Source of the DNA: an uncultured virus (IMG/VR IMGVR_UViG_3300034735_000012)
Taxonomy: Duplodnaviria > Heunggongvirae > Uroviricota > Caudoviricetes
IMG/VR virus record: IMGVR_UViG_3300034735_000012
DNA: 20,000 nt
Reading direction: 5' to 3' (one strand)
Shown: piece by piece, positions 17,801 through 20,000 of the stretch
How positions within the stretch are numbered: position 1 is the first letter of the stretch
How the letters are laid out: each line of letters begins with the position of its first letter
Notes under the pieces: model-generated
What the model was told of the DNA's origin: nothing
The model's database searches: none
What the model saw: the letters and a program-made list of their open reading frames with translations, nothing else
Position numbers and translations under genes: made by a program

Positions 17801-20000
17801 GTAGTACCTATAATAAGTTTTCCATTGTTATCTTTAAAACCAAAAAAACCTTGTGAAATTTGTTTTGTTGTTATTTGAGTTATTTTCCCTGTGCTTTTAT
17901 CTATTTGCCCGATACCTTGAGATAATGCAATATATAAATCATTATCATCTTCAAGAAAAAATCCTGTTCCTGTTGTATCTGTACTAGTTAATGTAATATT
18001 TACTGGGTCAAATACAAGCAACCCTGCACCTGGGGAAGAAATAAAATATTTATTTGGGTTTTTTGTAGCTATAAAATGACCGTTTTGTAAGTTTTGTATT
18101 TCTTTTTTTATTAGCACTTTATTTGCTGTATCAAATAAATATAACCCTGATTGAGTGCCTATATACAGCACTGAATTACCTGCTGTTATAACTTCAAAAC
18201 CGAAAGCATTTTGAATTGGATATGAACTATTTTTCTTAATAGCTAATTCTAAAGATTTAGTTTTAGTATTTAATTTATAGATACCGCTAGAATTACTACC
18301 CAGATAAATATCCCCATTTGCAGTTTTAAATGCAAATCCATTTGTTAAATTAACTCCTCCTAGTTGAGTTAATATTTTATTATTTTGATCCACTCCATTT
18401 TTTACTGTTATTAATGACCAAGCACCATTTACAAATCCATATTTATAGCATGATTCGTGCAATGGAGATCCCACAAGAAGTTTATCATCTAAAATTGCAA
18501 CACTTTTGCCAAAATCATTTTTGTTATTTGTATTTGTTATGACATAAGGAGTTACATTACCTTTTTCATAGACATAAACAGTTGAATCACGATACTGTCC
18601 TATAGCTATTTTGTTATTTACATAATCAATATTAATATCTAAATCTTTTATTTTGTATACTTTTTCTTTATTGTTTGCTTTATCTTGCACTACAAAAACA
18701 TCTGCATAATGCTTATAATCAGCAGAGTTATATATATTATATATCTCGTTGTGAGTAGTTAAGTCTTTTTCTGTTATATATACAGTTAGCTTATTATCGC
18801 CTGTTCTTTTATCATATGCTTTATATTCGTGCAGATCATAATCTGGATATCTAGTATAGTATGGAACTTTTTTAGAATGTAATATACTAGGGGCAATTGT
18901 TGTTCCAGTGCCTAGTAAACTTACGTAGTTCCCAGTTTTATTTGGTTGTTCTTGTATGTCTGTAGCTGTTATCTTTATATTTCTCTTAGCTTGGACTATA
19001 GGGTCTGGTAGCTTTGCTAGCGGTGCTACTGTTTCCATAATACTGTTAAAGTTAGTATTATCTTTTACTTCTTGATTGTTATAATAATGCTTGCCGTCTG
19101 TTGTGTCTAAGTACACTTGTTTTTTTGTTATTATTGTATTCAGTCGACCAATACCACTGTCAGATGTACCGATCCACGATTGTCCTTGTGCGTCCACGAA
19201 GCCGAAGCCCTGCACCACATTTGTGCTATCTGTTATCGTTAGTTTACCAGTAGTTGTATTCAGTAGACCAATACCACTGTAAGTTGTACCGACCCACGAT
19301 TGTCCTTTTGCGTCAACAAAGCCGAAGCCACTCCCCATACGTTTGCTATCTGTTATCGTTATTTTACCAGTAGTTGTATTCAGTCGACCAATACCAATGC
19401 CAGCTGTACCGACCCACCATTGTCCTTTTGCGTCAATAAAGACGAAGCCCCCAAACACACTTTTGTTATCTGTTATCGTTATTTTACCTGTGGTTGTATT
19501 CAGTCGACCAATACCACTGCTAGATGCACCGACCCACGATTGTCCTTTTGCGTCCACGAAGCCGAAGCTATCCTCCACATTTGTGCTATCTGTTATCGTT
19601 ATTTTGCCTGTGGTTGTATTCAGTCGACCAATACCATTTCTACTTGTACCGACCCACGATTGTCCTTGTGCGTCCACGAAGCCGAAGCCCTGCACCACAT
19701 TTGTGCTATCTGTTATCGTTATTTTACCAGTAGTTGTATTCAGTCTACCAAAACCAATACCAACTATACCGACCCACGATTGTCCTTTTGCGTCAACAAA
19801 GCCGAAGCCATTCCACATATTTGTTCTATCTGTTATCGTTAGTTTACCTGTGGTTGTATTCAGTCGACCAATACCTTTTCTACCTGTACCGACCCACGAT
19901 TGTCCTGATTTATCAACAAAGGCAAAACCAGAACCCATATCTATCCTATCTGTTTGCGAGAACGTACCACCTTTTACAGTTGTTATAGTAGTGCCAAAAC
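11896..20000 (-). CDS. Giant multi-beta-propeller protein (about 2,700 aa visible, 5'-truncated), probable virion adhesin / receptor-binding or surface protein
   Basis: The frame stays open upstream of ATG 19938 to the window edge (FGTTITTVKGGTFSQTDRID). Contains Reg_prop-like blades (D..G..W.GT..GI), FG-GAP-like blades (DFGKSVAI...LVGSP) and WD40-like segments. Confidence 0.8.
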   Translation of the reverse strand, partial: FGTTITTVKGGTFSQTDRIDMGSGFAFVDKSGQSWVGTGRKGIGRLNTTTGKLTITDRTNMWNGFGFVDAKGQSWVGIVGIGFGRLNTTTGKITITDSTNVVQGFGFVDAQGQSWVGTSRNGIGRLNTTTGKITITDSTNVEDSFGFVDAKGQSWVGASSSGIGRLNTTTGKITITDNKSVFGGFVFIDAKGQWWVGTAGIGIGRLNTTTGKITITDSKRMGSGFGFVDAKGQSWVGTTYSGIGLLNTTTGKLTITDSTNVVQGFGFVDAQGQSWIGTSDSGIGRLNTIITKKQVYLDTTDGKHYYNNQEVKDNTNFNSIMETVAPLAKLPDPIVQAKRNIKITATDIQEQPNKTGNYVSLLGTGTTIAPSILHSKKVPYYTRYPDYDLHEYKAYDKRTGDNKLTVYITEKDLTTHNEIYNIYNSADYKHYADVFVVQDKANNKEKVYKIKDLDINIDYVNNKIAIGQYRDSTVYVYEKGNVTPYVITNTNNKNDFGKSVAILDDKLLVGSPLHESCYKYGFVNGAWSLITVKNGVDQNNKILTQLGGVNLTNGFAFKTANGDIYLGSNSSGIYKLNTKTKSLELAIKKNSSYPIQNAFGFEVITAGNSVLYIGTQSGLYLFDTANKVLIKKEIQNLQNGHFIATKNPNKYFISSPGAGLLVFDPVNITLTSTDTTGTGFFLEDDNDLYIALSQGIGQIDKSTGKITQITTKQISQGFFGFKDNNGKLIIGTTNGLAIFDPVAKTDTIVDANAKTLGSYWFTDGVGQIWVVKNKRLAKYDDVHNKIVEISTTYKSGQLDVSDSFGITDDDGNSWFGGVGSLYLMDKKNINYGHSVSLNQDTDAISKNGVIKINPFITNSEQFVFESSFMVYKNNNVINGLTFYGNWCGILVDGVVYMFKRSYDASTKKYVWNKHSSFSGPGKYNICTVSMYGNVLAFTGGGRGYDTHADIRIYNESTDQWEYSEYTHNNELYNACVYDGKVLLSYCGSNDAPSIYVRNYGSGYPWKIKEKIHYGRDSVVNCKMTNKHLIFIEFGCDMYDFLEHWGFLIDCSIKGYHFDENKNEFVFIQDFVTIHSGGNKRYENALNYTAYAFTDTDLALREDYKNNGSYITLYEFDNSNLKWVYKSSLKFNTSNDLAITNVCMEDDILAVSTGLRMTSGSAGSFSSSSKVKFVYIYKKIKGIWKEIQTIEEVEKTKGVTFMQLHKGILLYKLEDKNPAAYDNNIRVYRAKKEKYVSDISDISDIDIINDTLVSFSGKTGIYNTFDLLNTNIKSTEKINSAMLIPDTNLKGKATLENNILSVSAYNSTVIRSDIRDNTFVSMYRNELRDNTLKIADLLTTKDTQIRVGNSLLEFDMDKRNLRILKNIKQTYDYSTREEYKNDNYLIIGDKTKNSIEIDIIGNSNKFNNTGVNNFGDIVAISSDMAIASNKNKDVLTYYYCKNKQWSLLTTENNKGTPLFDDVLISSYVNQKQQKVNAVVLLKKGNADSTATVKEHIDGVNTGTNIFEVKVGRIQLYDTAFLQKNYLLLLDKKQDKLHVYDIDRDLKIQITTTDTKSVKNGFGYMDKNKNIWIGTENDGLTKLDINSGMLTVTDNTNTENGFAFNDNDKDLVATSSGLYELNPRSGKLKPLLKKSVSFSNGYGYKDSNSQWLATNRKGLSRLLSRQEETIKTDSSLMIDDKYGTQTHSKKASIALSNSDTLAIASRIQSMPENNDLLFIKNLNNESTVLNQSILNRYLYHIVGTTPIIKHELSPYGNYVCFGKSDGKISVYNKDKLHIELDISDLFGKYPYTVTDISFSSDEKYCVVGTSLEKVALFDIDQQISFIISSPSELINSLETLKLLPNDTAKHTVLTKIIEDDSQVPHSFFGAFVKFIPNRHQFIATAATTRDIFVYTYRDKSLQYELTQTINQINIPSSFDIRYEFLDDYMNIDIADNSAYMACGARKAANIYVYKLRKGLKPIVETPFCVFDNTYTANIKNKVIFGSNCDLYLNDIFNKTVSKYVLVLNKYKLKDQPTNTAEQQYNWLTEDLEDIDANKKVRNKNIESILQGNLIKVHAVNNIYEFYNVKLIEQDSTKTAYKYMHTGAKNNLRILVDNTNKTILIRNNKSKILIKDATKYVVSSSGGKVAVIFNSDPTNFIIFNDLTKLSTNVKKAVPMTLKTAFAENNLEDTKAKFIASGTNKTTTTPDKNITISVDSTNKVLTKGTLKLTLDNSHLFTDKIVSNKDGSVILAIVDENAENKSTTVTRATKKTPSKIKNNRYKIHPKHKRNDYSGNRIIIIKEVDVEQPTTPATYKKELHYQVTAIKNPNDLEIDLEGKYISVKTDDAVETYLLSSNGYAEIETFKTTIDPNVDTKKVVISEDNKVALYNLSKVDARVIQDVEISLVNKTVTIKNVKAVINLASGNYLNIVTYIKKYGTYYKEFNKEYLATTTEQQYIQLAKNSTYLLYTVNNDTLVSTPLDNTKDMQLLTVDPITNIKNKVVASENIEYIYFIKNDEEVHLRLLHSNVSTKVLSFTKDVNCSIDCSNDGLYLIVGVPSQKEVVHLDLLRGSITKIENPNLNNNGEDIYYSDYDYILSKSGTKYNLTRTTELNENTLPSHVDNVSDINKADTFIKKDKLVPQETYTYLYSKTLTASVVKNIPKTVAKIDDLERDSNVVDVGLSDPTKTAPTARASDIRDTEIVETAKKVSAKIKTTTSIYEI
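19133..19953 (-). repeat. Seven coding 120-bp tandem repeats (40-aa propeller blades)
   Basis: The marker CAGTCGACCAATACC (or a near match) recurs at 19141, 19261, 19381, 19501, 19621, 19741 and 19861. Confidence 0.97.

Noticed and set aside
19936..19938. ATG 19938 as the true start of the giant protein
   Set aside because: The frame is open to position 20000 and this Met lies inside a repeat unit.
19133..19953. CRISPR array or a complete DGR
   Set aside because: The repeats are in-frame coding units. No RT, Avd or template repeat is visible in the window, so DGR remains only a hypothesis.
11830..19988. Plus-strand and alternate-frame ORFs overlapping the giant gene (e.g. 13280..13810, 19300..19842, 16977..17159)
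   Set aside because: Shadow ORFs of a long coding frame and its repeats, with no independent support.

Overview
AT-rich phage, prophage or phage-plasmid-like window. Left arm (+): an excisionase/AlpA-like HTH gene, small hypotheticals and a P4-type tyrosine-integrase homologue that appears to lack catalytic residues. Centre: three RepL-like winged-helix proteins around a ~900-bp non-coding region. That region holds 12-bp tandem repeats, three 27-bp palindromes sharing the same GTAATGAT half-site, and many hairpins (candidate origin/control locus). A second 38-bp repeat array plus a perfect hairpin lies at 3894-4071. Right arm (-): a phage DNA-metabolism operon (conserved small protein, putative SSB, SNF2 helicase) and a giant multi-beta-propeller ORF (about 2,700 codons visible) that runs off the window edge. 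This ORF contains seven near-identical, GC-richer 120-bp units whose two loops are hypervariable, mostly at codon positions 1-2, as in DGR targets. No reverse transcriptase, CRISPR array, tRNA or rRNA was recognised. All family calls are by-eye motif recognition, not database searches.
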